Assembly (NCBI GenBank): GCA_047601445.1
Contig: JASGJH010000001.1
Location: forward strand, 5,280,001 to 5,344,000
Origin: Myxococcales bacterium
Lineage (GTDB): Bacteria; Myxococcota_A; Polyangia; Polyangiales; DASUME01
Direction: 5' to 3'
Length of the DNA: 64,000 nt
The position numbers and the translations under genes were made by a program. Position 1 is the stretch's first letter. Each line of letters begins with the position of its first letter. Positions 1 through 9,775 of the stretch are shown here, one piece after another. The notes beneath the pieces were generated by a model. The model worked only from the letters and a program-made list of their open reading frames with translations. It was not told where the DNA came from and made no database searches.

Positions 1-523
1 TGTAGAGACCGGCGAAGCCAATCTCCAGGAGCGTGGGCGTGCGGCGGCGAGTCCACTGCGCCGCCAGCGAGATCGTGCGGTGTGGGCTGCGGTTGTCCAC
101 GAAGCCCGCACCTGGGACGTGGCATCCGGCGCAACTGACGCGGCCCGTCTCCCCCGCGACTCCGAGGGTCGCGGGAGTGCCATCGTTGTCGCGCTCGAGC
201 AGTCGTCCGGATAGCGCGGCTTCGAAGAACAGGCGTTGGCCGAACAGGCGCGCACCCGACAGCGCAGCGACGCGATTGCTGGGGTCTGCGGGGGGCGGCG
301 ATGCGCTGTATCTCAGCGACTGCAGCGTGGTGCGCACTTCCGCCGAAAACACGGGATCCGGATCGCTCCCGGCATCCGACGCGACAGCCGCGTCGGATCC
401 GCCGTCGGCGGTGCCGCTATCGAGCGAGCCCTGGTTCGCCGGCGGCAGCCCGTCACCACAGGCAACGCCCTCCAACAGCAGGCAGCCTGCGAGCAGGGTT
501 CTACTTCGTGAGAAGGGCGCCAT
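1..523 (-). CDS. Di-haem cytochrome c peroxidase/MauG-family lipoprotein, partial (runs off left edge)
   Basis: Not in the ORF track; translated by hand from ATG 523: MAPFSRSRTLLAGCLLLEGVAC...PPPADPSNRVAALSGARLFGQRLFFEAALSG...VSCAGCHVPGAGFVDNRSPHRTISLAAQWTRRRTPTLLEIGF. The P-x-N, LGxxLFF, SCxxCH haem motif and RRxPxL match the CCP_MauG N-terminus. Start overlaps the upstream stop by 23 nt. Confidence 0.85.
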   Translation of the reverse strand, partial: MAPFSRSRTLLAGCLLLEGVACGDGLPPANQGSLDSGTADGGSDAAVASDAGSDPDPVFSAEVRTTLQSLRYSASPPPADPSNRVAALSGARLFGQRLFFEAALSGRLLERDNDGTPATLGVAGETGRVSCAGCHVPGAGFVDNRSPHRTISLAAQWTRRRTPTLLEIGFAGLY

Positions 524-2762
524 AATACTTACTTCCACACGGCATGATGGTCTCGTCCCAGGCGGGAAGGCTCTCGCCACTCTTGACGCCAAGGTCGTCC
601 AGCTTGCGATCCGAGTGAGCGACGCTGTAGCGATTCCAGTAGCCCTGCCTCGGCGGCTTGCCAGTGACGAACTCGTCGATCTCGATGTGATACGCCGCGA
701 GCGAGAAGACCACGTTCACAGCTCCCCCGGGGAAGCGCCCCGCGGGCACCACGGCGCAGCCTGCAGGCTTGTCCTCGATGAACGTGTAGACGCGATCGGT
801 GGATGCGTACACGTCGAACTTCACCAGTCGATCCATGCCCACGTACTCACCCATCACAGGCGTCGGCAGCCACGGCGAATCCCAGCCCGTATCGCCAGTG
901 CCGACGTGGTAGCCGTAGATGTTCGCCATCGGGCACTGTGCACTCACGCCCCAACCGCGCTGATCGCAGAACTGCACCTGCAGCTCGGGCTGCCCGAAGA
1001 AGGTCTGAACGACCAGCGTGTGGTACTTGCCGCTGTTCGTGCCATCGAGCGGCCCGAGGCGCGTCATCATGGGCACCTGATACGAGATGTCTCGCCCCGG
1101 ATCACCGATCGGCGTGTCCGTGATCAGAATCTGCGGATAGCGCCGTGAGGTCGAGGGCAAGTCCACCGACATCGTCACGTGAAGATACTTGTCGCTCGCC
1201 AGTTGCGCGTTGGCCCCAAGGGCCGTCACCGAGTACGTCGACGCAGAACCCATCGCGAGCTGCCCGAGCAGCGGTCCGAAGCTGTAGTTCGCATTCGCCG
1301 CCTGGAACTCGAAGGACATCGTGTCGTTGTGATAGACGCGCGTGCCGTTTTGATCCTCGACGAGCGTCTGAACGTTACCCAAGTCGGTGCCCGGATCGAA
1401 GCTCTGGAACCAGTCCATCACCGGCTTTGGCTCGGGCTTCACGCTCACGTAGCCGCGCGCGATGGGCTTGGGACGATTGCTGGGTTCGTACTGACCATTG
1501 ACGAACACTTCGCCCGAGCTCAGCCGAGCCTGGTCGAGCGTGATCGTCGGCTGGCTCATGACGCCACCGAGATCCGCCGCAGGTGCCGCCTTGGCGCCGA
1601 TGTAGCCACCGGGGAAAGGACAGCCGTTATCGAGCGCTTCGATCACCAGGGTGGTCTCGCCAGTGAGGCCCGGCCACGTCAGCGACGTAACGGGCATGTT
1701 GCCCTGGTAGAGCACACGCTCGCGGTAAGCATCGCCGGGCGCGAGCACGTCGTGCTCGTTGTTGTAGCCGTAGAAGATTCGATAGAGCGGGACCGTGTCT
1801 TGGCCTGCCGCAGCGAGCACCTTGAAGCGCTCCATGCCTCCGCCCTGACCGTCGCGCGCCTGCTTCTCCGCGCCATCGGTGTACAGCACCGAGAGTCCGG
1901 ACTTCGTGTCTTCGTGACGATAGACGGGCTTGGTCGCCGAAGTGGACGTGTAGAACGCGATGCCATCGTCACGCCAGCCTTGCTTGAGCAGTGCGTCACG
2001 AGCGTCGGTGGTCGTCACGTAGTCGGCGCCGTTGAACTCCTTGGCCGGAGGCGCGTTGTACTCCCATGCATAGCCGCCCACCCAGTTCGGATTGGCAACG
2101 CGATACACCGGCGTACGGCCCGCACCGGGGGTCAGGTACACGTGACCCAGGATGGAGTCCGCCTCTTGGCGGTTGAAGCCCCCGGCGCCCCCGGAGACGG
2201 AAGCAGCGAAGAAGGCCTTGAGCTGATCCATGCTGCGGTCGTCACGCGGCAGCGCGCCCGCACAGCGATAGATGGCGTTCTTGACGGCGACCTCGCCATT
2301 GTCACCCACCAACACGTCGGCATCGGCAGGCAGCGGATAGATGCGGTAGTCCTTGGCGCCCTTCACCGGCGCGAACTCGATCCTCGCCGTGTCGCCACGA
2401 ACGACCGGCGTGAGGTTGTCGAACTTGGGCAGAGCAGGCAGCGCGCCCGAGCCCAAGCACGCACCCGCGAGGCACGTCTTGCTGCCATCGGCACCGCACA
2501 TCTTGGTTTCGCAGTCGGGATCGAGGCAGTCCTTGAAGCCGTCGCAATCGTCGTCGACGCCATCCGAGCAGCTCGTCTCAGTCTCGCCCTTGGCGACACA
2601 CGCGGGGCCCGACATGCCGCCGCCATCCGCGTTGTTGTGGTGGCCGCCGTCGATGACGTCGCCTTCCATGCCGTCGTGCTTCGGGCCGGATTCATCGGAG
2701 TCACATGCGACAGCAAAAGCGCCGAATGCGCATGCTGCGAGGAGGTATGTATTGCGCTTCAC
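501..2762 (-). CDS. Large lipoprotein of unknown function with Cys/Asp-rich motif and DUF5648-like segments
   Basis: Lipobox AVAC; CSDGVDDDCDGFKDCLDPDC myxobacterial motif; 'LLKQGWRDDGIAFY' and 'VPLYRIFY...HD' resemble DUF5648; 753-aa open frame. Confidence 0.75.
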   Translation of the reverse strand: MKRNTYLLAACAFGAFAVACDSDESGPKHDGMEGDVIDGGHHNNADGGGMSGPACVAKGETETSCSDGVDDDCDGFKDCLDPDCETKMCGADGSKTCLAGACLGSGALPALPKFDNLTPVVRGDTARIEFAPVKGAKDYRIYPLPADADVLVGDNGEVAVKNAIYRCAGALPRDDRSMDQLKAFFAASVSGGAGGFNRQEADSILGHVYLTPGAGRTPVYRVANPNWVGGYAWEYNAPPAKEFNGADYVTTTDARDALLKQGWRDDGIAFYTSTSATKPVYRHEDTKSGLSVLYTDGAEKQARDGQGGGMERFKVLAAAGQDTVPLYRIFYGYNNEHDVLAPGDAYRERVLYQGNMPVTSLTWPGLTGETTLVIEALDNGCPFPGGYIGAKAAPAADLGGVMSQPTITLDQARLSSGEVFVNGQYEPSNRPKPIARGYVSVKPEPKPVMDWFQSFDPGTDLGNVQTLVEDQNGTRVYHNDTMSFEFQAANANYSFGPLLGQLAMGSASTYSVTALGANAQLASDKYLHVTMSVDLPSTSRRYPQILITDTPIGDPGRDISYQVPMMTRLGPLDGTNSGKYHTLVVQTFFGQPELQVQFCDQRGWGVSAQCPMANIYGYHVGTGDTGWDSPWLPTPVMGEYVGMDRLVKFDVYASTDRVYTFIEDKPAGCAVVPAGRFPGGAVNVVFSLAAYHIEIDEFVTGKPPRQGYWNRYSVAHSDRKLDDLGVKSGESLPAWDETIMPCGSKYYGALLTK

Positions 2763-3120
2763 CGAGCCAGGCTACAGGGCCTTGCAGCTCGAATCAATAC
2801 TTTGGGCCGCGATGCAAGCATGCGTGACTCACTGTCAATCAATCGATTTCAAGTGCTTCGCTTCGAAACAACGAAGCGCCGTTTCCTTCATGAAAATGAG
2901 GAAATTCTCCTCGAATGACGTTGAAACAATCACCCGATCTGCACCTGCAGCGCAATTGCAGTAAGAGAAGGTGCGACTCCTCATTACGCAGCGCATGCTC
3001 GCATCGCATGGTCAAAATGCAGGCGTCAGCGAAAGTCTGCGGATGTACGACGTCGCGCTGGTCGCTTTTTTTGGAGCCGTGCGGCGTGCGGCGCGCGGGA
3101 GTCGCCGCGCGCGCCCGGAG

Positions 3121-4389
3121 CTACGCCGCGCTGCGGGCTTCGGAGAGAAACCGCACGCCGCGACGACGCAGCAACGTGTCGATGCCAAAGGCGGCGAGCA
3201 TCGTCAGGCACGGCAGGATCGGCACCGAGTAGCGTCCGAGCGGGATCAAGCAAGCCACGAACAGGTTCATCACGACGATGGGCAGCCAGATCAGCCACGC
3301 GCGGCGCTGCTCCTCACGCGCGCGCTTGAACCCCATGAACGCGAGCACCCAGCCCACGAGCGCCAGCACCGCAGGCACCAGCGAGTTGCGCAAGCTGGTC
3401 ATCTCGTACCAGAAGGTGAACACACCCATGACGCACTTGCGCACCAGCTCGAGCGGCTGCTCCATGATCAAGCGCTTGGCGTAGGCCTTGTTGTTCACGT
3501 CGTCCTGGATCTCATCGAGCTCCCAGGTCGTGCCCGCTTCCTCGGCGATGCGCTTGAAGAGCGCGTTGGACTCGTTCTCGGCGTCCGTGTAGGGCGGCTT
3601 CTGCAGCGTGGCGAACTCGAGCCGCGTGAAGATGTAGCCGCGCAGGAAGGCGTCCGGACTGCCCGGCGTGAGCAGCACGAACTTGCCCTGGCTCACGACG
3701 TAGTTGCGATAGGTCCAGGGGGCCACGATGGCGATCATGGTCAGCCCGATGGCAAAGACCCCGGCCGTGGCCTGGCGCGCCAGCACTCCGCCGCGCCGCA
3801 GCCCCCGCACGAACCAGACCGCTGCATACACCACGACCACCGGCAGCATCACGCCCTTGGCGAGGCTCGCCACCATCCCGACCGCGCCGAGCATCACGCC
3901 CCGCTTGATGGAGGGCTCCTCGTCGAAGCGGATGGCGCACCAGATGGTCAGCAGACACAGGAAGATCAGCAACGTCTCCGTGTGCAGCTCGCCGATGTAG
4001 CGGAGAAGCATCGGGTGCAGCGCGACGCCTACGCCGGCGATCAAGGCCGTGCGAGTGTTGTAGATGCGTTCGGCGATGCGGAAGGTGAGCACACAAGAGC
4101 CGACGTGCATGACCACGTGCAGCAACAGCATGGTGGCGTCGCCCAGACCGATCTCGTAGAGCCCCCACAGCATGTGCGGGTAGAGCATGGCCGCGCGGCG
4201 CGTGACCTTGTCGAACCCGTGCTCGGCGAGACCGTGAGCGATGGACCCGTAGGAGTATGGGTCACCCACTGGATCTTGGCGCAGACCGAGGAGCACCAGG
4301 ACGAGAGCAGCCACGAATGCGACGGCTGCGACGATCCAAAGTTCCCGGGGACGCAGCTTGGTTTGCGTGGCTTCGATGCTGGCTTCCAT
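3121..4389 (-). CDS. GT-C fold membrane glycosyltransferase (ArnT/PMT-like)
   Basis: Many TM helices, N-terminal D-P-Y-S-Y loop, TETL, PWTYRNY and RYSVP motifs. Confidence 0.8.
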   Translation of the reverse strand: MEASIEATQTKLRPRELWIVAAVAFVAALVLVLLGLRQDPVGDPYSYGSIAHGLAEHGFDKVTRRAAMLYPHMLWGLYEIGLGDATMLLLHVVMHVGSCVLTFRIAERIYNTRTALIAGVGVALHPMLLRYIGELHTETLLIFLCLLTIWCAIRFDEEPSIKRGVMLGAVGMVASLAKGVMLPVVVVYAAVWFVRGLRRGGVLARQATAGVFAIGLTMIAIVAPWTYRNYVVSQGKFVLLTPGSPDAFLRGYIFTRLEFATLQKPPYTDAENESNALFKRIAEEAGTTWELDEIQDDVNNKAYAKRLIMEQPLELVRKCVMGVFTFWYEMTSLRNSLVPAVLALVGWVLAFMGFKRAREEQRRAWLIWLPIVVMNLFVACLIPLGRYSVPILPCLTMLAAFGIDTLLRRRGVRFLSEARSAA

Positions 4390-4459
4390 TCCGAGGTCCG
4401 TGTTCCCTTCGACGAGAAAATATGTACAACGGCCTCGGCGGCAACCTCGAGCGCGCCCG

Positions 4460-5482
4460 TCAGGGCACGGCGGATGCGGCGGGCTGGGCGACCGTGTCTG
4501 CGATGGTCGGAGCGGTGGGCGCGAAGATCTTGCCGAGCACCGGGATGTCCACGAGCATCAACACCGCGATCAGCGCGCTGCAGGAGATGACCGCCGTCAT
4601 CAGCGTGGGCTCCTTGTACAAGCCCTCGGGCCGCTGCACGGCGCTGTTGGGCTTGAACGAGAGGAACAGGTAGATGGCCATCACCAGGGCCACCAGCGGG
4701 AACGCCAGGATGAGCTCGAGGCGATAGCGCATCACGAAGGCGCCCAAGAAGAGCATCGCCGCGGAGCCGTAGAACATCACGGAGACCAGCAGGCGCTCCT
4801 CCGTGTAGTACGCGAACGACTTACGGTAGGCAGCGGCGCGCGCCGGATCACCAAGGTCGCGGTACTCGGCGAAGCGCTTCATGGCCATGAAGTAACAGCC
4901 GACCATCCAGTAGCTGAGCAGCAAGGAGGCGGGCGCCACGGAGTCGGTACCCACGATGAACCAGCCGGCGAGCATGCGCAGCGGGTTGTTCACGGCCTCG
5001 GAGAGCACGTCGAGGTAGGGCACGTCTTTGCTGCGGACGGGCGGGATGTTGTAGATGCAGCCCATGATCCACAGCACGAGCACCGTGAGGGCGAAGGCCG
5101 TGTTGATCATGTAACCGATGCCCACGCCGATCACCATCAGGGCGATCCACTGCACGTAGGCCAGCGGGATGCTGACCTTGCCCGAGGGCACGGGACGCCG
5201 GCACTTCACCGGATGCGCGAGATCGGAAGGCGCGTCGAGCACCTCGTTGATGACGTAGTTGCTCGAGGCGACCAGGCACACCGAGATCAACCCGAGCACC
5301 ATGCGAATCCAGATGTTCGAAGGGATGTGCTGCGGATCGACGCTGATGGCGGCGATGATGCCGGGGAACACGAAGACGTTCTTAAACCAGTGGTCGATGC
5401 GCGCGATCGCGATGTGACCCATCAGGGTCGGGCGGCGCACAGCGGGAGCAGTCGCACTCAGCTCAAGGTCAGATTCGTTCAT
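4460..5482 (-). CDS. UbiA-family prenyltransferase, polyprenyl-phosphate phosphoribosyltransferase type
   Basis: R.DHWFKN.FVF, YVINEVLDAPSDLAHPVKCRRPVPSG and KRFAE motifs; multi-TM. Confidence 0.85.
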   Translation of the reverse strand: MNESDLELSATAPAVRRPTLMGHIAIARIDHWFKNVFVFPGIIAAISVDPQHIPSNIWIRMVLGLISVCLVASSNYVINEVLDAPSDLAHPVKCRRPVPSGKVSIPLAYVQWIALMVIGVGIGYMINTAFALTVLVLWIMGCIYNIPPVRSKDVPYLDVLSEAVNNPLRMLAGWFIVGTDSVAPASLLLSYWMVGCYFMAMKRFAEYRDLGDPARAAAYRKSFAYYTEERLLVSVMFYGSAAMLFLGAFVMRYRLELILAFPLVALVMAIYLFLSFKPNSAVQRPEGLYKEPTLMTAVISCSALIAVLMLVDIPVLGKIFAPTAPTIADTVAQPAASAVP

Positions 5483-5553
5483 TGGGATAGCGCTCTCTCG
5501 ACTCTCGCGGGTGAGTGTTTGACGGGGCTTTTTTTACGACGCTCTGCCGTCCA

Positions 5554-5582
5554 AATCTGGTGGTCTGCCAAGGGCGAGTCAA
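5554..5582 (-). promoter_or_regulatory. Putative sigma70-type promoter for the ubiA/GT-C operon
   Basis: Minus strand TTGACT-17 nt-CAGATT, about 70 nt upstream of the ubiA ATG. Confidence 0.45.
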
Positions 5583-5766
5583 GCATTCCATTCTTCCCGC
5601 CGGCGCTCCATTTTCGCGCCATCTGGGGAGTTTCGGCCAGAGAAGCATCGATGTTTCACAAGGGTAAACCGACGCACCGCGACAGCCACGCTCCCCAACA
5701 CGGGCCACAGGTTGTCCATAGTACCAAAAACTCTGGCGATCCCTTCCCTGGGAACGCAAGGGAGAC

Positions 5767-6978
5767 TCAGGCCAACAGCTTCGTGTAGAGTTCCCCGGCT
5801 TCGCGCGCCATGCGCTCGGCACCGAAGCGCGCCTCGACCTGGCGTCTGCCGAACTCGCCCATGCGCATGCGCAACTCGCGATCCTGGAGCAAGGTCAGCA
5901 AGTTGGCCGCCAGCGCGTCGATGTCTTTGGGCGCCGAGAGCAACCCGCTCTTGCCGTGTTCGACCACCTCGGGGGTGCCGCCATTGGTCAGGGCCACCAC
6001 GGGCCTCTTCATGGCCAGCGCCTCCGCGAAAACCAGGCCGAAAGGCTCCTCGAAGCTGGGCAAAGCGAACACGTCGCTGGCCGACAGCAGGGCGGGCACG
6101 TCCGAGCGCTGCCCCGCGAAGATCACGTTGTCGGCGACCCCCAGCTCCCGTGCCAAGGCGAGTAGCTCGCGCGACGCACCGCTGCCCTCGGGGAAGTCCG
6201 ACCCCACGATGGCAAGTCGGACCTCGGGAAACGCGCGCTTGACCTGCGGCAGCGCCTTGATGAGCTCGGCTTGGCCCTTGGAGCTGTAGATTCGAGCGAC
6301 GCTCACGATGAGCGGAGCCTCGGCCGACACCCCGAGCGACGCGCGCCCGGCCGCCGGGCTCAGGTTGGGATCCCAACGTGGCAAATCGATGGCGTTGAGT
6401 AGCGCGTGGACGCGCTCCGGACGGTGTCCACCCTCCACCAAGGAGTCCGCCACGAAGCGCGAGACGCCTACCACGGCGTCGGCGTGGCGCAGCGCCCACT
6501 GCACGCCACGGCTCATCCAGGTGTCGAACTTCACGTGCACGTGGATGACCGATTTGGCGCCCGTGAGGGAGCCGAGCGCGGCGCAGGCGATGGCGTCGCG
6601 CGGTCGATCCGTGGAGTGGAGGACCTGGATGCGATGCTCGCGGATGTACTGCACGAGTCCGGCCATGCTGGCGGCGGCAGGCAGCATGCTGGCCGCGCTC
6701 TTGAGCTTCTGCGCGCGGTTCTGGCCAGACAGCGAAGGGCCGAAGTCCGTGGGCCTCAGCGCGACCTCGGACATGGCCTGGAGCGCGTCGAAGGGAGGCG
6801 CCGAGGTGCTCGGTGAGGGCGGCGGCTGACCCGCGGCGTGGAGCTCGAAATCCGCGCGCGAGAGGTGACGCAGCAACAGCAGATGAACGAACGTGTCGGC
6901 ACCGATGCTGAGAGGCGAGTTGATGAACAGGACCCGAGCTCTATCTTGGCGCGACCGCGACACGACGCGAGGGAGCAT
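5767..6978 (-). CDS. Glycosyltransferase family 4
   Basis: VARIYSSKGQ, DVFALPSFEEPFGLVFAEALA, GGTPEVV. Start placed at MLPRVV because the longer ORF crowds the divergent gene. Confidence 0.9.
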   Translation of the reverse strand: MLPRVVSRSRQDRARVLFINSPLSIGADTFVHLLLLRHLSRADFELHAAGQPPPSPSTSAPPFDALQAMSEVALRPTDFGPSLSGQNRAQKLKSAASMLPAAASMAGLVQYIREHRIQVLHSTDRPRDAIACAALGSLTGAKSVIHVHVKFDTWMSRGVQWALRHADAVVGVSRFVADSLVEGGHRPERVHALLNAIDLPRWDPNLSPAAGRASLGVSAEAPLIVSVARIYSSKGQAELIKALPQVKRAFPEVRLAIVGSDFPEGSGASRELLALARELGVADNVIFAGQRSDVPALLSASDVFALPSFEEPFGLVFAEALAMKRPVVALTNGGTPEVVEHGKSGLLSAPKDIDALAANLLTLLQDRELRMRMGEFGRRQVEARFGAERMAREAGELYTKLLA

Positions 6979-7061
6979 ACATTGACTCGTCTTGTGTGGC
7001 CATGAATGATAGGGCGGTGAGCTTGAGCACTTCCCCAGCGCGCTCGCAAGGGCCATCGAAA

Positions 7062-8006
7062 ATGCAAGTAAGGCAGTTTGGTAGCACCGACCTGAGGGTC
7101 TCGGAGCTGGGGCTCGGTTGCGCTCGCATCGGCGGCATCTTTCAGAATGATCCGGCCGCCTTCGTGAACCTGCTGTCGGCTGCGCGGGACCAAGGCATCA
7201 ATTTCTTCGACACGGCCGACATGTACAGTCAGGGCGAGAGCGAGACCTTGCTCGGACGCGCCTTCCGCAAGCGGCGTGACCAGGTGATCATCGCGAGCAA
7301 GGCAGGGTACTGCCTACCCACGCAGCGTCAGTTCATCGCGCGTATCAAGCCCTTCGTGCGACCCCTGATCAAGCTGCTCAAGATCAAGCGCGAGAACCTG
7401 CCTAGTTCGGTCAAGGGCGAGCTCGCCCAGGATTTCTCGCCCGCCTATCTGCGCCGCGCCGTCGAGGGCAGTCTGCGCCGCCTACGCACGGATTACCTGG
7501 ATTTGCTGCAGCTCCACAGCCCACCTGCCGAGATCGTGCAGCGCGGGGAGTGGCTCGAGGCCCTAGAATCCCTGAAGCGGAGCGGCAAGGTTCGCTACTA
7601 CGGCATCTCCTGTGACACGGTCGAAGCCGCCCAGGCCGCGCTGGCGTTCAGCGGCGTATCCTCGCTCCAAATCGTCGTGAGCCTGCTGGAACGCTCCTTC
7701 GCGGAGGCCGTGGGGACGCGCGCCCAACAGCAGGGCGTGGGCATTATCGCCCGCGAGTGCCTGGCCAACGGATTGCTCGTGAAGTCGGCCCAGGAGGCCA
7801 AGCTGGAAGGTTACTGGCCGCCCGAAAAGGAGGTCGACAAGAAGCGCGAGCTCACCTCGTACCGGGAGGCCGCCGCCTCCAAGGGCATCCCGCTCTCCCG
7901 CCTGGCCCTGGACTACGCCACCGGAGTGAACGGTGTTTCCGTGGCTCTCATCGGGGTCCGCACGCTGGATCAGCTGACCCACACGCTGCGTGAGTTCAGG
8001 GGCTGA
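7062..8006 (+). CDS. Aldo/keto reductase
   Basis: VSELGLGC, GINFFDTADMYSQGESE, SLRRLRTDYLDLLQLH. Confidence 0.92.
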   Translation: MQVRQFGSTDLRVSELGLGCARIGGIFQNDPAAFVNLLSAARDQGINFFDTADMYSQGESETLLGRAFRKRRDQVIIASKAGYCLPTQRQFIARIKPFVRPLIKLLKIKRENLPSSVKGELAQDFSPAYLRRAVEGSLRRLRTDYLDLLQLHSPPAEIVQRGEWLEALESLKRSGKVRYYGISCDTVEAAQAALAFSGVSSLQIVVSLLERSFAEAVGTRAQQQGVGIIARECLANGLLVKSAQEAKLEGYWPPEKEVDKKRELTSYREAAASKGIPLSRLALDYATGVNGVSVALIGVRTLDQLTHTLREFRG

Positions 8007-8262
8007 GCTGGTTTCATGGGGAGGTCACGCGACCTTCTCGCCCGGCGCTCCTAGGGGCGGGTCGGGATGTGTGAGACAGCTCCTCGAACCCTCACGCAAA
8101 GTTGGTCCGAACCTAAGCCCCAAGCTACGCTGAGAGGGCTACGGGCCGGTAGAATGCCGCCTGCGCTGCAATTCGAATGACGTTCACGCCTGCCGATCGG
8201 TGCCATCATCCCGGATTCAACGGGGTTAGGGGACCTCACGGGCTGGGAAGAGGAAACCCGGA

Positions 8263-9189
8263 ATGACCGCGACAGACTCCGAGGTACTGGCGCGCATGCG
8301 ACTCGTTCAGGGTCGCTCGGCCGCGCAGACTCGCGAGTTCACGCGGTCGCGGGGACAGACTCAGCTGCTCACCGTGGGCACCGACACGGAGTGTGACTGG
8401 TGCGTCAACGAGGCGGGCGTCGCCCCGGTGCACTTCTCGTTGCACTGGGACGGTGCGAACCTGCGTATCGCCGACACGCACGGCGCGGGCCGAGTGCGCG
8501 TGGACGGATCCTTGCTGGGTCCGGAATGGCGCCGACTTAGCGGGCGCATGCGCATCGATTTCGGCAACGCCACGATCGCGGTCGACGCTCAAGGTCCGAC
8601 CGGCGACGAGCCGGACGCCTGGGCCAATCAAGGACGGCAAACCTATCCGGAAACGCCGGTCGACACCGGGGCGCGCCCGTACGGGCAGGTCTCTTCTCCG
8701 AGCAATCGGCCGGGTTCACGCACCGCGGTCTACGCTTCGGTGTCCCCCTCGGGGTACTCGGACCAGCGCACTGCACCCGGCTACCCGAGCGTTCAAGTCG
8801 CCGGTGTGCGCGTGGCGGGCGCGGAGAGTGCACGCCAGAGCGAGCGGCCCGCGGTCACGCAGCGCTTCGACGAGAGTGTGGTGGCTGAAATCCAGCTCTC
8901 GTCCATCTCGTCTCCGAGCACGGGCCTGGCGGTGCGGGGTCCGGAGCCCGCGGCACGCAACCCGATCGTCGCCGACTCGCCGTTCGTGGAGCAGGCACGC
9001 CGCATCCCAACGGGCGTGGTGGTATTGAGCCCCGTAGCAGGCTCGGCCGAGCCCCCGAACATCAGCGATCGGCCGTCCCTGCCCGTACGTCAGGCTCGGA
9101 CCTTGCCGCCATGGCGCACCGTGGGCTTGAGCCTGCTTGGAGTCGTGGGCGGCTACCTCACCTGGCTCTGGCTGCTCTACCACCTCTGA
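8263..9189 (+). CDS. FHA-like domain protein with C-terminal TM anchor
   Basis: N-terminal beta-rich FHA-like region (LTVG...VAPVHFSL...LRIAD...VRVDG), low-complexity linker, C-terminal hydrophobic helix. Confidence 0.65.
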   Translation: MTATDSEVLARMRLVQGRSAAQTREFTRSRGQTQLLTVGTDTECDWCVNEAGVAPVHFSLHWDGANLRIADTHGAGRVRVDGSLLGPEWRRLSGRMRIDFGNATIAVDAQGPTGDEPDAWANQGRQTYPETPVDTGARPYGQVSSPSNRPGSRTAVYASVSPSGYSDQRTAPGYPSVQVAGVRVAGAESARQSERPAVTQRFDESVVAEIQLSSISSPSTGLAVRGPEPAARNPIVADSPFVEQARRIPTGVVVLSPVAGSAEPPNISDRPSLPVRQARTLPPWRTVGLSLLGVVGGYLTWLWLLYHL

Positions 9190-9214
9190 AGGCGAATCGA
9201 GCACGTTTGCGCGG

Positions 9215-9739
9215 CTATTTCTGGGGTAACCGGAAGACGGCCGAGCCGATGAAGTGGGAAGCGCCAATCTGCGCGACGGTCTTCTTGGCGTCCTCGCCCG
9301 ACATCTCCCCGAGGACCACGCACAGCAGCGCGCAATCAGCCGCCTTGGCGAGCGGCAGAGAAACGACGTTCTCGCTGAGCGCGGAGAGCGCGAGCACCAT
9401 CATCTCCTGCTCACGCATGTGCTCGGCCAATCCCTCCGAAAAGGGCACCAGCTGGTCGAGGGTGACACGAGTGCCATCGGCGACATGAATGGGGAGCCCC
9501 ACGTGGACCATGCCCGTGTGCGCGAGCGTCACCGCGATTTGGACGAGAATCTCGGGGGACACCCCGGGGCCCGCAGGGACAAGAGCGATCGAGCGCCAGT
9601 TGCGCTTACTTTCCGTGCGAGTCGCCAGCCAAAGCCGCTGCCAATCCGTGGCCTGCCAGAGGTCGGGCGCTCCAGAGACGGTGATCGCAACGTTGTTGCT
9701 CATGCCATTCGCGTTCGGCCTTTGTAGTTCCGATTTCAA
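9215..9739 (-). CDS. Stand-alone BY-kinase-like pseudokinase (Wzc C-terminal fold)
   Basis: Directly downstream of the co-polymerase; C-terminus LAKAADCALLCVVLG...IGSAV resembles the BY-kinase end; no Walker A GK[ST] and no Tyr cluster. Confidence 0.65.
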   Translation of the reverse strand: MKSELQRPNANGMSNNVAITVSGAPDLWQATDWQRLWLATRTESKRNWRSIALVPAGPGVSPEILVQIAVTLAHTGMVHVGLPIHVADGTRVTLDQLVPFSEGLAEHMREQEMMVLALSALSENVVSLPLAKAADCALLCVVLGEMSGEDAKKTVAQIGASHFIGSAVFRLPQK

Positions 9740-9775
9740 GTTTCTATCACCTTGAGGAAACCGCCGGCTAGCGCC

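Noticed and set aside
2765..3010. Fur box or riboswitch in the AT-richer region upstream of the large lipoprotein
   Set aside because: Only a weak partial match (GAAAATGAGGAAATTCTC) and short palindromes; no recognisable aptamer.
33..4590. Long plus-strand ORFs 33..1148, 1179..2918 and 2971..4590
   Set aside because: Antisense shadows of motif-bearing minus-strand genes, expected in high-GC DNA. The same applies to most overlapping ORFs in the track (e.g. 26016..27929, 42208..44037, 52620..54335).
5515..5552. ops/JUMPstart element or terminator upstream of ubiA
   Set aside because: GGCAGAGCGT is only loosely like GGCGGTAG, and the T-run has no convincing stem before it.
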